From: an uncultured cyanobacterium
Lineage (GTDB): Bacteria; Cyanobacteriota; Cyanobacteriia; PCC-6307; Cyanobiaceae
Direction: 5' to 3'
DNA: 64,000 bases
Assembly: GCA_963697335.1 (NCBI GenBank)
Contig: CAVONQ010000005.1
Location: 32,001 to 96,000, forward strand
In this document: positions 50,231-60,169 of the stretch, piece after piece
Layout: each line of letters starts with the position of its first letter
Numbering within the stretch: the stretch's first letter is position 1
Made by a program: the position numbers and the translations under genes
The notes under the pieces: model-generated
Told to the model about the DNA's origin: nothing
The model's database searches: none
The model's input: only the letters and a program-made list of their open reading frames with translations

Positions 50231-52150
50231 TCAGGGCAGGGTCGTGGGCAGGAGAGGGGTGGGATTGGCCAACAGCCAGACGGCCATCAGCACCACGCCG
50301 AGGATCAAGGTGAGGGCATAGAGCTGGGTGCGGCCGCTGGTGGTGAAGCTGAGCCGGCGGGCGGTCGCCATCGCCGCGGCGCCGGTGCCGGTGCTGAAGC
50401 CATCCACCACCCGGCCGTCGCTCCAGGCCCCCAGCCGGGCCAGGGCCAGCACCAGGGCCACCACGGTGCGGTGGTAGAAGCGCTCGGTGTCCATGTCCTG
50501 GGCCAACCAGCGCTGCAAGCCGCCCATGGCAGCGGGCAGCTTCGCCAGGGGGTGGGGCCGCAGGTAGAACACAGCCGAAAGCCCACAGCCCGCCACGGTG
50601 CTGAGCAGCAGCGGCACGGCCATCGGTCCCCAGGCCGGCAGGGGACTGAGGCCAAAGACCCCGGTGGAGGCCAGGATGAACGGCAGATGCAGTACCAGGC
50701 CCATCAGCACCATGGTGGGCAGCACCATCAACCAGATCACCTCGGCGGAGCGGGCCGTGAACACCGAGGCGGAACCGCCCCAGATCAGGCCGAAGACGCG
50801 GATCAGTCCAGCGGCGATCAGGGCGTTGCTGAGCAGCACCAGTCCGGACAACAGCACGGGATGGGTGCTGCTCGCCGTGAGGGCCAGCAACTCCCGCAGG
50901 GCCGAGAAGCCCGCAAAGGGCGGCAGGCCGATCAACCCGGCGGTGCCGACCAGAAAGGCCACGCCCATCAACGGCCGGCGACTCCAGAGGCCTCCGAGCT
51001 GGGTGAGGTCCTGGGTGACATTGCTCACCAGCACCGTGCCCACCACCATCAGCAGCAGGGCCATGGGCAGGGGGTACACCAGCAGCAGGTGATTGGCCTC
51101 GGGAATGCCGCCCAGACCCACGGCCACGAACAGCAGTCCGAGCCAGCTGCTCACCAGGAAGGAGAGGGCGCGCTTGACATCCACCTGGGCCAGGGCAATC
51201 AGCGAGGCGACCAGGGCGGTGGAGCCACCCACCACCACCAACACCGAACGCACCAGGGGGCTCAGGGCCAGCAGGGGCTCCAGCCGCAGCAGCACCCAGG
51301 CCCCGCCCAGCACCACCACGGAGTTGCGCAGCACCGTGGAGGGCAGGGGGCTCTCCATGGCCTCATCGAGCCAGAGGTGCAGGGGGATCTGGGCACATTT
51401 CCCCATCGGCCCCGCAATCAGGGCCAGCAGGATCAGGGTCACGCTGAGCGGCAGGGTGACAGGGCCATCAGGGCTGGCGGCGATCTGGGCCTCGGCCCAG
51501 GCCTGCAAGCCATGGAAATTCCAGGTGCCGGTGATCGGCAGCAGGGCGATCACACCGGCCAGCAGGATCAGGTCGCCGATCCGCTTGGTGAGAAAGGCAT
51601 CGCGGGCACCCTTGACGACAAGGGACTGGTTGTACCAGGTGCCCACGATGAGATAGGTGCCCAGGGTGAGCAGCTCGAGGATCACATAGCTGAAAAACAG
51701 GGAATCCGTGAGTACAAGGGCACACAGACCGGCTTCGAAACAGCTGAGGGAGCCGAAGAAGCGGGCCCAGCCCCAGTCCATCTCGAAATAGCCGATGGTG
51801 TAGATCTGCACGAGGACATGCAGCCCCGTGATCACAATCATCGCGATCAGGGCGGGCTCCGTGATCAGCCCATCGAAGCCGATCTTGAGGCCGGCGGTGT
51901 CCATCCAGGTCCAGCCGAAGCGGACCGGTTCCAGAGCCGTGGCATCAACGGCCAGTTGCCTGGCGTGAAGGCCCAGCAGGGCCAGAACGCCGTGGCAGAA
52001 GGCCACAGTCACCATCAGCAGGTTGAGGTAGCCGCAGGGGCGTGGACCACTGCGCCAGATCACCCCCGGCGACCAGGCGAGGGAAAGGAAGGCGGCAACG
52101 AGGGGGTAGAGCGGCACAAGCCAGGCCGTCTCCAGAAATGCGACGGTCAT
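50231..52150 (-). CDS. ndhF3: NDH-1 subunit F3
   Basis: WSPG..GPRPCGYLN, DWGWARFF, ARDAFLTKRIGD, KCAQIPLHLWLDEAME. Confidence 0.92.
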   Translation of the reverse strand: MTVAFLETAWLVPLYPLVAAFLSLAWSPGVIWRSGPRPCGYLNLLMVTVAFCHGVLALLGLHARQLAVDATALEPVRFGWTWMDTAGLKIGFDGLITEPALIAMIVITGLHVLVQIYTIGYFEMDWGWARFFGSLSCFEAGLCALVLTDSLFFSYVILELLTLGTYLIVGTWYNQSLVVKGARDAFLTKRIGDLILLAGVIALLPITGTWNFHGLQAWAEAQIAASPDGPVTLPLSVTLILLALIAGPMGKCAQIPLHLWLDEAMESPLPSTVLRNSVVVLGGAWVLLRLEPLLALSPLVRSVLVVVGGSTALVASLIALAQVDVKRALSFLVSSWLGLLFVAVGLGGIPEANHLLLVYPLPMALLLMVVGTVLVSNVTQDLTQLGGLWSRRPLMGVAFLVGTAGLIGLPPFAGFSALRELLALTASSTHPVLLSGLVLLSNALIAAGLIRVFGLIWGGSASVFTARSAEVIWLMVLPTMVLMGLVLHLPFILASTGVFGLSPLPAWGPMAVPLLLSTVAGCGLSAVFYLRPHPLAKLPAAMGGLQRWLAQDMDTERFYHRTVVALVLALARLGAWSDGRVVDGFSTGTGAAAMATARRLSFTTSGRTQLYALTLILGVVLMAVWLLANPTPLLPTTLP

Positions 52151-52527
52151 GATGGCGACAATTCCGGTGGCATCTGAACGACAGAACGTCAGGGAAGGGA
52201 AGAAACTGCTGAGAAGTCATCGCCGTAAACGGAACGAAGACTGGCGATAATCCTGAGAATTGAGCGAACCAGGAGTGGTGCCGTTAGGCACAATCGAGTG
52301 GCTGGGGCAAAGCCCATCCAGGTGTTGCGAACAGCAGCGGTGGAGCAGGGTCAACCGCTGCACGGCTGAAGCGATAATGCATAGAGAACAAAGGGCAGTG
52401 GCAGGTGATGGGAGGTTGCGAAGGAAACCTTAAGCGGCTTCTCTGCCCGCTGGGCTGGCGTCGCGAAGGAATGTCCTATGGCTTCAAGAAGCAGGGGTGA
52501 TCCAATCCCGGCGGAGATGGTCCCGGT

Positions 52528-53193
52528 TCAGGATTGGGGTCGTCGGGACTGGGCCAACCGGCGCGCAGCCAACACCCCCACGCCGGCGATCAGGGCGACC
52601 AGCAGCAACACCCGCAGGGTCTGGCCGTAGGGCACCAGCCGGGCGGCCACCAGGGGGTACTGCTGCCCCAGCAGCCGGCCGGCCAGGATCAGGGCCGTGC
52701 TCCAGATCAGGCTTCCTGCCGTGGTCCAGAGCAGGAAAGGGAGCTGGGGCATCCGCTCGAGGCCGGCCGGCACCGAGATCAGCGTGCGCAGCCCAGGCAC
52801 CATCCGGCCCCAGAACACCAACGCCCAACCATGGGCCAGGAACCAGGAGCGGCTGCGCTCCAGGTCAGCCCCCTGCAGACCGATCCGGCCGCCATGGCGC
52901 TGCAGCCACTGCTCCAGCCGCGGCTGCGGCACCAGCCGACCCACCAGATACCAGCACCAGGCCCCGAGCACCGTGCCGACCAGGGCCGCCAGCAGGGTGG
53001 GCAGCAGGGCCAGATCGCCGCGGGCCACGCCATACCCCGCCAGGGGCAGGAGCACTTCCGAGGGAATGGGCGGGATCAGGTTCTCCAGCAGCATGGCCAG
53101 GGCGATGGCGCCGTAGCCGAGCAGGGGATCCAGCTGGGCGGCCTGGTCGATCAGCTGGGGAAGATCCGGCAACCAGGCCAGCAGCGGGGGCAA
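52528..53193 (-). CDS. DedA family membrane protein; start uncertain
   Basis: LENLIPPIPSEVLLPLAG, GRMVPGLRTLISVPAG. Confidence 0.9.
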   Translation of the reverse strand: MPPLLAWLPDLPQLIDQAAQLDPLLGYGAIALAMLLENLIPPIPSEVLLPLAGYGVARGDLALLPTLLAALVGTVLGAWCWYLVGRLVPQPRLEQWLQRHGGRIGLQGADLERSRSWFLAHGWALVFWGRMVPGLRTLISVPAGLERMPQLPFLLWTTAGSLIWSTALILAGRLLGQQYPLVAARLVPYGQTLRVLLLVALIAGVGVLAARRLAQSRRPQS

Positions 53194-53248
53194 AAGCCAG
53201 GGGGACAGGGGGTTTAGGTTAAGCGGCTCCGGCCCGGATCCTGCGGCG

Positions 53249-54691
53249 ATGCCGCCCCCTGACATCGCCCTTCAAGACAGCCACCAGCGACGTTCTGGCC
53301 GCACCGGCCCGTGGGAGGCCCTGCTGCGCTGGCGCCACGCGCTCACCGTGCCCCAGTTCGCGGTGGTCACCGGGGCCCTGGTGATTGCGGCGGGCACCCT
53401 GGTGCTCTCCAGCCCGCTCTGCTCCACTTCAGAGGTGGGGCTCTGGGAAGCCCTGTTCACCGTCACCTCCGCCATCACCGTGACGGGGCTTTCGGTGATC
53501 GACATCGGCACCGACCTCACCCTGCTGGGGCAGGTGGCCCTGGCGGGCCTGATCATCACCGGCGGCCTGGGCCTGATGGCGATCACCACCTTCCTGCAGG
53601 GATTCGTGCAGGGCCACTCCGGGCTGCGCTCCCGTCTCGACAAGGGCCGTGCCCTCGATGAATTCGGAGTGGGCGGCATCGGCCCCACCTTCAACAGCAT
53701 CCTGGTGGCGGGCTGCTGGGTGATGGGGCTGGGCACCGTTGTGCTCTACAGCTTCGGTTTCACCGACATCGCCAACCCGCTGGAGCGGTTCTGGGCCTCG
53801 CTGTTTCATGCCATCAGCGCCTACAACAATGCGGGCTTCGGCCTGTGGAGCAGCAGCCTGGAGCGCTACCGCGACAACGCCGTGGTGAATGGCGTGATCG
53901 GCACCATGATCGTGGTGGGGGGAATCGGCTGGCGGGTGATCAATGACCTGTGGGCCAACCGCTCCTCCTGGCGTGGCATGCGGAGGCTCAGCCTGCACAC
54001 CCGTCTGGTGCTGCGGTCCACCCTGCTGCTGGTGGTGTTCGGCACCCTGGGCCTGGTGTTCACCGAATCCTTCGCCACCGGAGGCGTGGTGGAATCCCTC
54101 GGCCTGCTGCAGAAGCTCCAGGTCACCCTGTTCCAGTCGATCACCACGCGTACGGCCGGGTTCAACACGGTGCCGCTCTCGGTGGAAACCATCTCCGACG
54201 CCGGCCTGCTGCTGGTGATCGTGCTGATGTTCATCGGCGCCAGCCCCGGCGGTACCGGCGGTGGCATCAAGACCACCACCTTCGCCACCTTGATGGCCAC
54301 CACCCGCTCCACCCTGCAGGGGAGGGAAGAAGTGGTGATTCACAACCGCCAGATTCCCGATCGGGTGGTGATGCGCGCCATCGGAGTCACGATCGCCTCG
54401 CTGATCTTTGTGCTGCTGATGGCCCTGCTGCTGGGCCTGGGACCCGCAGCCGATGGGGCCGATGCGGCCAACAGTTTCAACTTTCTCGAGAAACTGTTCA
54501 CCTGCATGTCCGCCTTCGCCACCGTGGGGCTCGATCTCGGCGTCACGGCCCAGCTCAACCGCTGGGGCCAGCTGGTGCTGATGGTGGGGATGTTCGTGGG
54601 CCGGCTGGGCATCCTGCTGCTGCTCTCGGCGCTGTATGGAAGCCGCCGCCAGCCCAGGGTGGGCTACCCGCGTGAAGACCTCTACATCTGA
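53249..54691 (+). CDS. ktrB: Ktr/Trk potassium uptake membrane subunit
   Basis: SAITVTGL, SAYNNAGF, TRTAGFNT, GASPGGTGGGIKTTT, SAFATVGL. Confidence 0.92.
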   Translation: MPPPDIALQDSHQRRSGRTGPWEALLRWRHALTVPQFAVVTGALVIAAGTLVLSSPLCSTSEVGLWEALFTVTSAITVTGLSVIDIGTDLTLLGQVALAGLIITGGLGLMAITTFLQGFVQGHSGLRSRLDKGRALDEFGVGGIGPTFNSILVAGCWVMGLGTVVLYSFGFTDIANPLERFWASLFHAISAYNNAGFGLWSSSLERYRDNAVVNGVIGTMIVVGGIGWRVINDLWANRSSWRGMRRLSLHTRLVLRSTLLLVVFGTLGLVFTESFATGGVVESLGLLQKLQVTLFQSITTRTAGFNTVPLSVETISDAGLLLVIVLMFIGASPGGTGGGIKTTTFATLMATTRSTLQGREEVVIHNRQIPDRVVMRAIGVTIASLIFVLLMALLLGLGPAADGADAANSFNFLEKLFTCMSAFATVGLDLGVTAQLNRWGQLVLMVGMFVGRLGILLLLSALYGSRRQPRVGYPREDLYI

Positions 54692-54774
54692 CCCCGGTCC
54701 GGCGGGCAAACCGGGCTCGGGGCCTGGCTTGAGCGAGGATCCACCCATCTGGCCCCGCACGACGCACCACAACG

Positions 54775-55479
54775 ATGAGCAACTGGTGGAACTGGAATCC
54801 AGCCGAAAGCCGGGCCCTGGGCAGCTTCGCAGTGATCGGGATCGGGAGATTCGGCACGGCCCTCTGCCTGGAACTGAGCAAGGGAGGGGCCGACGTGCTG
54901 GCGATCGACAATGATCCAGCCGCCGTGGATCGGATCAACCGGCTCGACCCCTCGATCACCGCCCGCAAGGTGGAGAGCACCGATGAGGAAGCCCTGAAGG
55001 CCGCCGGGGTGCTCGATGTCACCACGGTGGTGGTGGCCATGAGCGAACCGATCGAGGTGAGTATCACTGCCACCCTGATCGCCAAGGACAGCGAGGGCAG
55101 CCAGGTGAAACAGGTGATCGCCCGGGCCACCAACGACCTGCACATGAAGATGCTGCAGCGGGTCGGCGCCGACCGGGTGATCTTCCCCTCCAAGATGCAG
55201 GGCCAGCGGCTGGGGCTTGAGCTGGTGCGGCCCAACCTGCTGGACCGGCTGCGGCTCGACGATCGCAACAGCATCGAGGAGATCCGGGTGCCGGAGCCCT
55301 TCATCGGCCAGTCGCTGCGGGATCTCAACCTGCGCAAGAACTTCAACGTGAGCGTGCTGGCCGCGGGGCCGGACAACCAGCTCACCGTGAACCCACCGGC
55401 CTCCCATGTGCTGCAGAAGGGGGAACTGCTGGTGGTGATGGGCGCCACGGAGGATCTGGCCGAGCTGCCGGGGAGCTGA
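54775..55479 (+). CDS. ktrA: Ktr/Trk NAD-binding RCK subunit
   Basis: GIGRFG, VIARA, GADRVIFP, TrkA-C domain. Confidence 0.9.
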   Translation: MSNWWNWNPAESRALGSFAVIGIGRFGTALCLELSKGGADVLAIDNDPAAVDRINRLDPSITARKVESTDEEALKAAGVLDVTTVVVAMSEPIEVSITATLIAKDSEGSQVKQVIARATNDLHMKMLQRVGADRVIFPSKMQGQRLGLELVRPNLLDRLRLDDRNSIEEIRVPEPFIGQSLRDLNLRKNFNVSVLAAGPDNQLTVNPPASHVLQKGELLVVMGATEDLAELPGS

Positions 55480-55538
55480 CCCAACCTGGCTTCCCAGTCG
55501 GGAGGCCCCTACATTCATCCGGCGTTGGCGCCTGCCCC

Positions 55539-57356
55539 TTGCCCCCCCTCTTCGAGGCCTTGATGGCCCCCCAGGCCCTGATCACCCTGGCGGTGATGGT
55601 GCTGTCGGTGGTGCTGTTCATCGGTAACTGGATTCCAGCGGAGGTGACCGGCCTGCTGGCCGTGGGGCTGCTGATGGCCCTGGGGGTGCTGAAGCCGGCC
55701 GAGGCCCTGGAGGGCTTCGGCAGCCCCGCCCTGCTCACCCTGATTGGCCTGTTCGCCCTCTCGGCGGGGCTGTTCCGCTCAGGCGGCCTTGACCGACTCA
55801 GGGGACTGATCGGCTCCGATGCCGTGCGCAGCCCCAGGCGCATGATTCTGCTGCTGGCCGGCGTGGTCGGGCCTGTCTCGGCCTTTGTGCCGAACACGCC
55901 AATCGTGGCCTCGCTGCTGCCGGTGATTGAGGGATGGTGCCACAGGCGAGGGGTTTCCCCCTCCAAGGTGCTGCTGCCGCTGTCCTTTGCCACCGTGCTG
56001 GGCGGCACGCTGACGCTGCTGGGCAGCTCGGTGAACCTGCTGGCCAGTGAGGTGAGCAACAAGCTGGGTTACGGCGCCTTCGAGCTGTTCTCGTTCACAC
56101 CGGTGGGGCTGGGGGTGTGGCTGGCCGGCAGCCTGGCGATGGTGCTGCTCTCGGATCGCTTCCTGCCAGACCGGGGTAACAATGACGACGACCTGGCCGG
56201 GGGGCTCTCCAGCAGCGGCTACGTCACTGAGGTGGAGATCCCGAGGGGTTCCGAGCTGGTGGGCCAGTCCCTGCACGGCAGCCGGCTGCAGCGCCGCTTC
56301 GACGTGGATGTGCTGGAGCTGCACCGGGGCCAGGAGCGCTTTCAGCCGCCCCTGGCCGACCGGCGGCTGCAACTGGGCGATCGGCTGGTGCTGCGCTGCA
56401 CCCGCAGCGACCTGTTGCGGCTGCAGCAGGAGCACACGGTCGTGCTGGCGCCCACACCGGAGGAGGGGGCCTCAAGCCCCCCGATTCCCGACGCCCAGAA
56501 CAGCCAGCGCATGGTGGAGGCCCTGCTGCCTTCGGGCTCCACCCTGGCGGGAAGCTGCCTGCGCGATCTGCGCTTCCGCCAGCGCTACAACGCCACCGTG
56601 CTGGCCCTGCGCCGTGGCAGCGCCGTGGTGAGGGAACGGCTCGGCCAGGCCCAGTTGCACGAGGGCGATGTGCTGCTGCTGCAGGGACCCCAGGATGCCA
56701 TCCGCGGACTGCTGGCCGGCAATGATCTGGTGGTGCTGGAGCAGATCGAGGACGACCTGCCCACCGTGAGCCGCAAGCGGGTGGCGCTGGCCATTGTGGG
56801 GCTGTCGATCCTGCTGCCGAGCCTGCAGGTTCTGCCCCTGGTGGCGTCAGTGCTGCTGGGCACCGTGGCCATGGTGGTCACCGGCTGTCTGCGGCCAGGG
56901 GAGCTGCAGCGCTCGATCCGGCTGGATGTGATCCTGCTGCTGGGATCCCTGGCCAGCTTCAGCGTGGCTCTGGAGAAAACGGGTCTGGCGGAGGCCCTGG
57001 CCCAGGCGCTGATCCAAGGGCTGGACGCATGGCCGCTCTACTGGGCCCTGGCGGTGGTGTTCCTATTCAGCACCCTGCTCACCGAGGTGATGAGCAACGC
57101 CGCCAGCGTGGCGATGCTGATCCCGATCGCGGCCCAGCTGGCGCTGGGGCTGGGCATGCCCCCGATGGCCGCCATCTTCGCGGTGCTGTTCGGGGCCAGC
57201 CAGAGCTTCCTGAGCCCTGTGGGCTATCAGACCAACCTGATGGTGTTCGGCCCCGGGCGCTATCGCTTTCTCGATGTGGCCCGCTACGGCTTCCCGCTCA
57301 CGGTGTTGATGACCTTGCTGGTGCCCTGGCTGATCTGCAGACAATTCGGGCTCTAG
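55539..57356 (+). CDS. SLC13/DASS family permease with TrkA-C domains
   Basis: SAFVPNT, PSKVLLPLS..LGG..TLLGSSVN, SNAA, PVGYQTNLMV. Confidence 0.9.
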   Translation: MPPLFEALMAPQALITLAVMVLSVVLFIGNWIPAEVTGLLAVGLLMALGVLKPAEALEGFGSPALLTLIGLFALSAGLFRSGGLDRLRGLIGSDAVRSPRRMILLLAGVVGPVSAFVPNTPIVASLLPVIEGWCHRRGVSPSKVLLPLSFATVLGGTLTLLGSSVNLLASEVSNKLGYGAFELFSFTPVGLGVWLAGSLAMVLLSDRFLPDRGNNDDDLAGGLSSSGYVTEVEIPRGSELVGQSLHGSRLQRRFDVDVLELHRGQERFQPPLADRRLQLGDRLVLRCTRSDLLRLQQEHTVVLAPTPEEGASSPPIPDAQNSQRMVEALLPSGSTLAGSCLRDLRFRQRYNATVLALRRGSAVVRERLGQAQLHEGDVLLLQGPQDAIRGLLAGNDLVVLEQIEDDLPTVSRKRVALAIVGLSILLPSLQVLPLVASVLLGTVAMVVTGCLRPGELQRSIRLDVILLLGSLASFSVALEKTGLAEALAQALIQGLDAWPLYWALAVVFLFSTLLTEVMSNAASVAMLIPIAAQLALGLGMPPMAAIFAVLFGASQSFLSPVGYQTNLMVFGPGRYRFLDVARYGFPLTVLMTLLVPWLICRQFGL

Positions 57357-57372
57357 AGCCGCGGGGGCGGGC

Positions 57373-58449
57373 TCAGATTCCGGCCTTGCGCTCATGCCGC
57401 CAGCGCAGGGCTTGCCACACCAGAAACACCAGCACCAGGGGCACCACGGCGGTGAGGGTAATCAGTCGGTATTCATCGGTGAGGCTGCTGACGCTGTTGC
57501 TGAGCACCTGTTCCCCCAGGTACAGCGCATACAGCATCACCAGGATCCCCCCCTCCAGCCGGGTGATCTGGCCATGGCTCCAGAAAATCGGCAGACAGGC
57601 CAGGGTGGTGACCACCATGACCGGCAGATCGCGTTGGATCAGCACCGGGTCCACCCCCAGCCCCCTGCTGCCCGACGCCGTGGCGCAGAGGCCGAGGATC
57701 AGGAACAGGTTGAGCAGGTTGCTGCCCACCACATTGCCGATGGCCAGATCCACCTTGCCCCGGTAGGTGGCCACCAGGGAGGTGACGAGCTCCGGCATCG
57801 ACGTGCCGGCCGCCACGATCGTGAGCCCCACCACCGTCTGACTGACGCCCAGGGCCAGGGCTGCCGTGGTGGCGCCGCTGACCAGCACCTGGGAGCCCAC
57901 CACCAGCAGCACCAGTCCCCCCAGCAGCCTCAGGCTCGCCCCGGGGACCGAAAGACGCTCGCTGGAGTCGAACCCCCCCACCTCCTCGGGGTTTTCTCCC
58001 GCCGTACGGACCTCCCAGACCAGATTGATCAGCAGGCACACCAGCAGGGCCACGCCGGCCTGCCAGGTGAGCCGGCTGCCACTGGCCATCCCCCAGACCG
58101 CCATCGAGAGGGCCACCAGCAGGGGTACATCGCGGCGCACCAGACGGCTGCGCACGCTCAGGGGCACCACCAGGGCACTCAAGCCCAGCACCACCAGCAC
58201 GTTGAAGATGTTGCTGCCCACCACGTTGCTCATGGCAATGGCGTCGTTGCCCTGCACCGTGGCGATCAGACTCACGAACAGCTCCGGGGCACTGGTGCCC
58301 AGCGCCACCACCGTGAGGCCGATCACAATCTGGGGGATGCCGAGCACCAGGGCCACCGCCGTGGAGCCCACCACGAACAGCTCGCCGCCGCCGAACAGCA
58401 ACAGGATGCCCAGCAGGATCTGCAGGAAGCTGGGGAACAAGTTGGTCAC
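57373..58449 (-). CDS. Calcium/sodium antiporter (YrbG family)
   Basis: Alpha repeats GTSAPE..VVGSNIFN and GTSMPE..VVGSNLLN. Confidence 0.92.
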   Translation of the reverse strand: MTNLFPSFLQILLGILLLFGGGELFVVGSTAVALVLGIPQIVIGLTVVALGTSAPELFVSLIATVQGNDAIAMSNVVGSNIFNVLVVLGLSALVVPLSVRSRLVRRDVPLLVALSMAVWGMASGSRLTWQAGVALLVCLLINLVWEVRTAGENPEEVGGFDSSERLSVPGASLRLLGGLVLLVVGSQVLVSGATTAALALGVSQTVVGLTIVAAGTSMPELVTSLVATYRGKVDLAIGNVVGSNLLNLFLILGLCATASGSRGLGVDPVLIQRDLPVMVVTTLACLPIFWSHGQITRLEGGILVMLYALYLGEQVLSNSVSSLTDEYRLITLTAVVPLVLVFLVWQALRWRHERKAGI

Positions 58450-58552
58450 ACGAGCCAGCGCGGGGTGAGTGGGCTCAATTGTGGAGCCAAGGGGTGATGG
58501 CTCAGGAGGCGGCTCAGTCAGCGGCAAAGATGGGGACACCTGCCGCACCCCG

Positions 58553-58945
58553 ATGACGAGCCTCGCCCTGCCGGCTCTGGTGACCCTCGCCGCTCTCAGC
58601 CTCTATCAGGGCACGGCTCTGGCGGTGGGCCGGGCGCGGTTCAAGCACCTGGTGAAGCCACCGGCCATGGACGGCCCCGAGCCCTTCCAGCGGGCGGTGC
58701 GGGTGCAGCAGAACACCCTGGAGCAGCTGGCGTTCTTTCTGCCCAGCTACTGGCTCGCCTGCCTCTGGAGCGGGGCGGCAGTGGCCAATCTGCTGGGGAT
58801 CTTCTGGGTCGCAGGGCGCGTGGCCTATGCCGTGGGCTACCTGCAGGCTCCGGAACGACGGGGCCCCGGCTTCGGGATCAGTTTTCTGAGTGCGGTGGGG
58901 TTGTGGGTGCTGGCCCTGGTCGGCGCCGTCCGCGAGCTGGGCTGA
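58553..58945 (+). CDS. MAPEG family membrane protein
   Basis: VGRARFK..V.PP..G..FQRAVRVQQNTLE, GRVAYAVGY. Confidence 0.9.
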   Translation: MTSLALPALVTLAALSLYQGTALAVGRARFKHLVKPPAMDGPEPFQRAVRVQQNTLEQLAFFLPSYWLACLWSGAAVANLLGIFWVAGRVAYAVGYLQAPERRGPGFGISFLSAVGLWVLALVGAVRELG

Positions 58946-58969
58946 TGGGCGGCCGGGCCTCGATCGGTG

Positions 58970-59137
58970 TCAGCGCTGCCCGAGCAGGTCTTCCCAGCTG
59001 ATGGGCTGGGGGGCTCCCGGCTGACGTGAGCCGGTGCTGCCCAGGGGCCTCAGCGGGCAGCACGGTCCCGAAGGACCGCGAGCCACAGATCCCCCCCGCA
59101 GGGGGTGTTGGCGGCTGGAATGATGGAATGTGGTCAT
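58970..59137 (-). CDS. Putative 55-aa peptide downstream of the manA-like RNA
   Basis: MTTFHHSSRQHPLRGGSVARGPSGPCCPLRPLGSTGSRQPGAPQPISWEDLLGQR; pyrimidine-rich leader before the ATG. Confidence 0.55.
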   Translation of the reverse strand: MTTFHHSSRQHPLRGGSVARGPSGPCCPLRPLGSTGSRQPGAPQPISWEDLLGQR

Positions 59138-59219
59138 GGTGATGGGTTGAAAAACGAGACTGGAACTACATGAATCCATGGACTGGGCTGGACGCCGAAA
59201 TGCGCCGTTGCCGCTAGAC

Positions 59220-59418
59220 CCATGGCCTGGTGGAGATATCGAAATGACGCACCGGGGACAACCCTTCCCGTGCTGACGGGACTCTCCTGGGGTTGTGACC
59301 TTCAGACCTGGTGGCCTGGACAGCTCTCCCAGGAAGCACGGGGAGCGAAAGGTGCTGTGGTCGGCGTGAGCAGAACGGGCTTGCGGCGATGGCCCGTACT
59401 GCCGGCTTCTGCCGAACC
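59220..59418 (-). ncRNA. Large structured RNA resembling the manA RNA motif
   Basis: Nested helices (CCCGTGCT/AGCACGGG, TCCTGGG/CCCAGGA, GCACC/GGTGC); blocks TCACGCCGAC..CAGCAC, TGTCCAGG, GGTCACAAC, GGTGCGT recalled from manA RNAs; TATGGT -10 at 59429-59424. Confidence 0.6.
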
Positions 59419-59574
59419 CAACAACCATACCTGAAATACTCACCCCAATCAAGCCTTCAGGCCTTCCAGCCACCATTTGATGGCGCCGGGATCTCCGCTC
59501 CGTCGTCGCCAGGAGCACCCCGCCAGGATCTGGATGGGGTAACAGCAGACTCTGGCGTTTGGATCGTGCGTGGG

Positions 59575-60150
59575 ATGACTTCTGAGCCCGCCGCTGCTGT
59601 CCCCAGCCCAGAAGCACTGGACCTGCTGCAGTTCTGGTTTGAGACCACCGAGCCCCGGCAGTGGTTCGCCAGGGATGACGCCTTCGATGCCTGCGTGCGC
59701 CAGCGCTTCCTGCCGCTCACCGAGCAGGCCGCTGCGGGAACGCTGGTGCGCTGGGGGGACGAGCCCCTCGGGGCTCTGGCCCTGGTGCTGCTCTTCGACC
59801 AGCTGCCACGCCAGATCTGGCGCGACAGTGCTCGGGCCTTCAGCACGGACCCTGAGGCCCTGGCCCTCAGCCAGGCCGCCGTGGCGCGGGGCTGGGTGGC
59901 CAGGGAGCCCTCCATGGCCCGCCGGCAGTTCTGGCTGATGCCGATGATGCACAGCGAAAACCTGGCCGTGCAGGACGCCTCCCTGCCCCTGTTCGCCCGC
60001 TGGAGCGACCCGCGCACAGCCCGGTTCGCCGAGCGACACCACGCTGTGATCGCCCGCTTCGGGCGCTTCCCCCACCGCAACCAACTGCTCGGTCGCCCGA
60101 CCACGCCGGAGGAGACGGCCTTCCTGCGGGAGCCGGGATCCCGTTTCTGA
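59575..60150 (+). CDS. DUF924 family protein
   Basis: FWF..WF....FD, DQLPR, PMMHSE, RFGRFPHRN..LGR..T.EE. Confidence 0.9.
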   Translation: MTSEPAAAVPSPEALDLLQFWFETTEPRQWFARDDAFDACVRQRFLPLTEQAAAGTLVRWGDEPLGALALVLLFDQLPRQIWRDSARAFSTDPEALALSQAAVARGWVAREPSMARRQFWLMPMMHSENLAVQDASLPLFARWSDPRTARFAERHHAVIARFGRFPHRNQLLGRPTTPEETAFLREPGSRF

Positions 60151-60169
60151 GCAGGGCTGCCTCGGCCCC

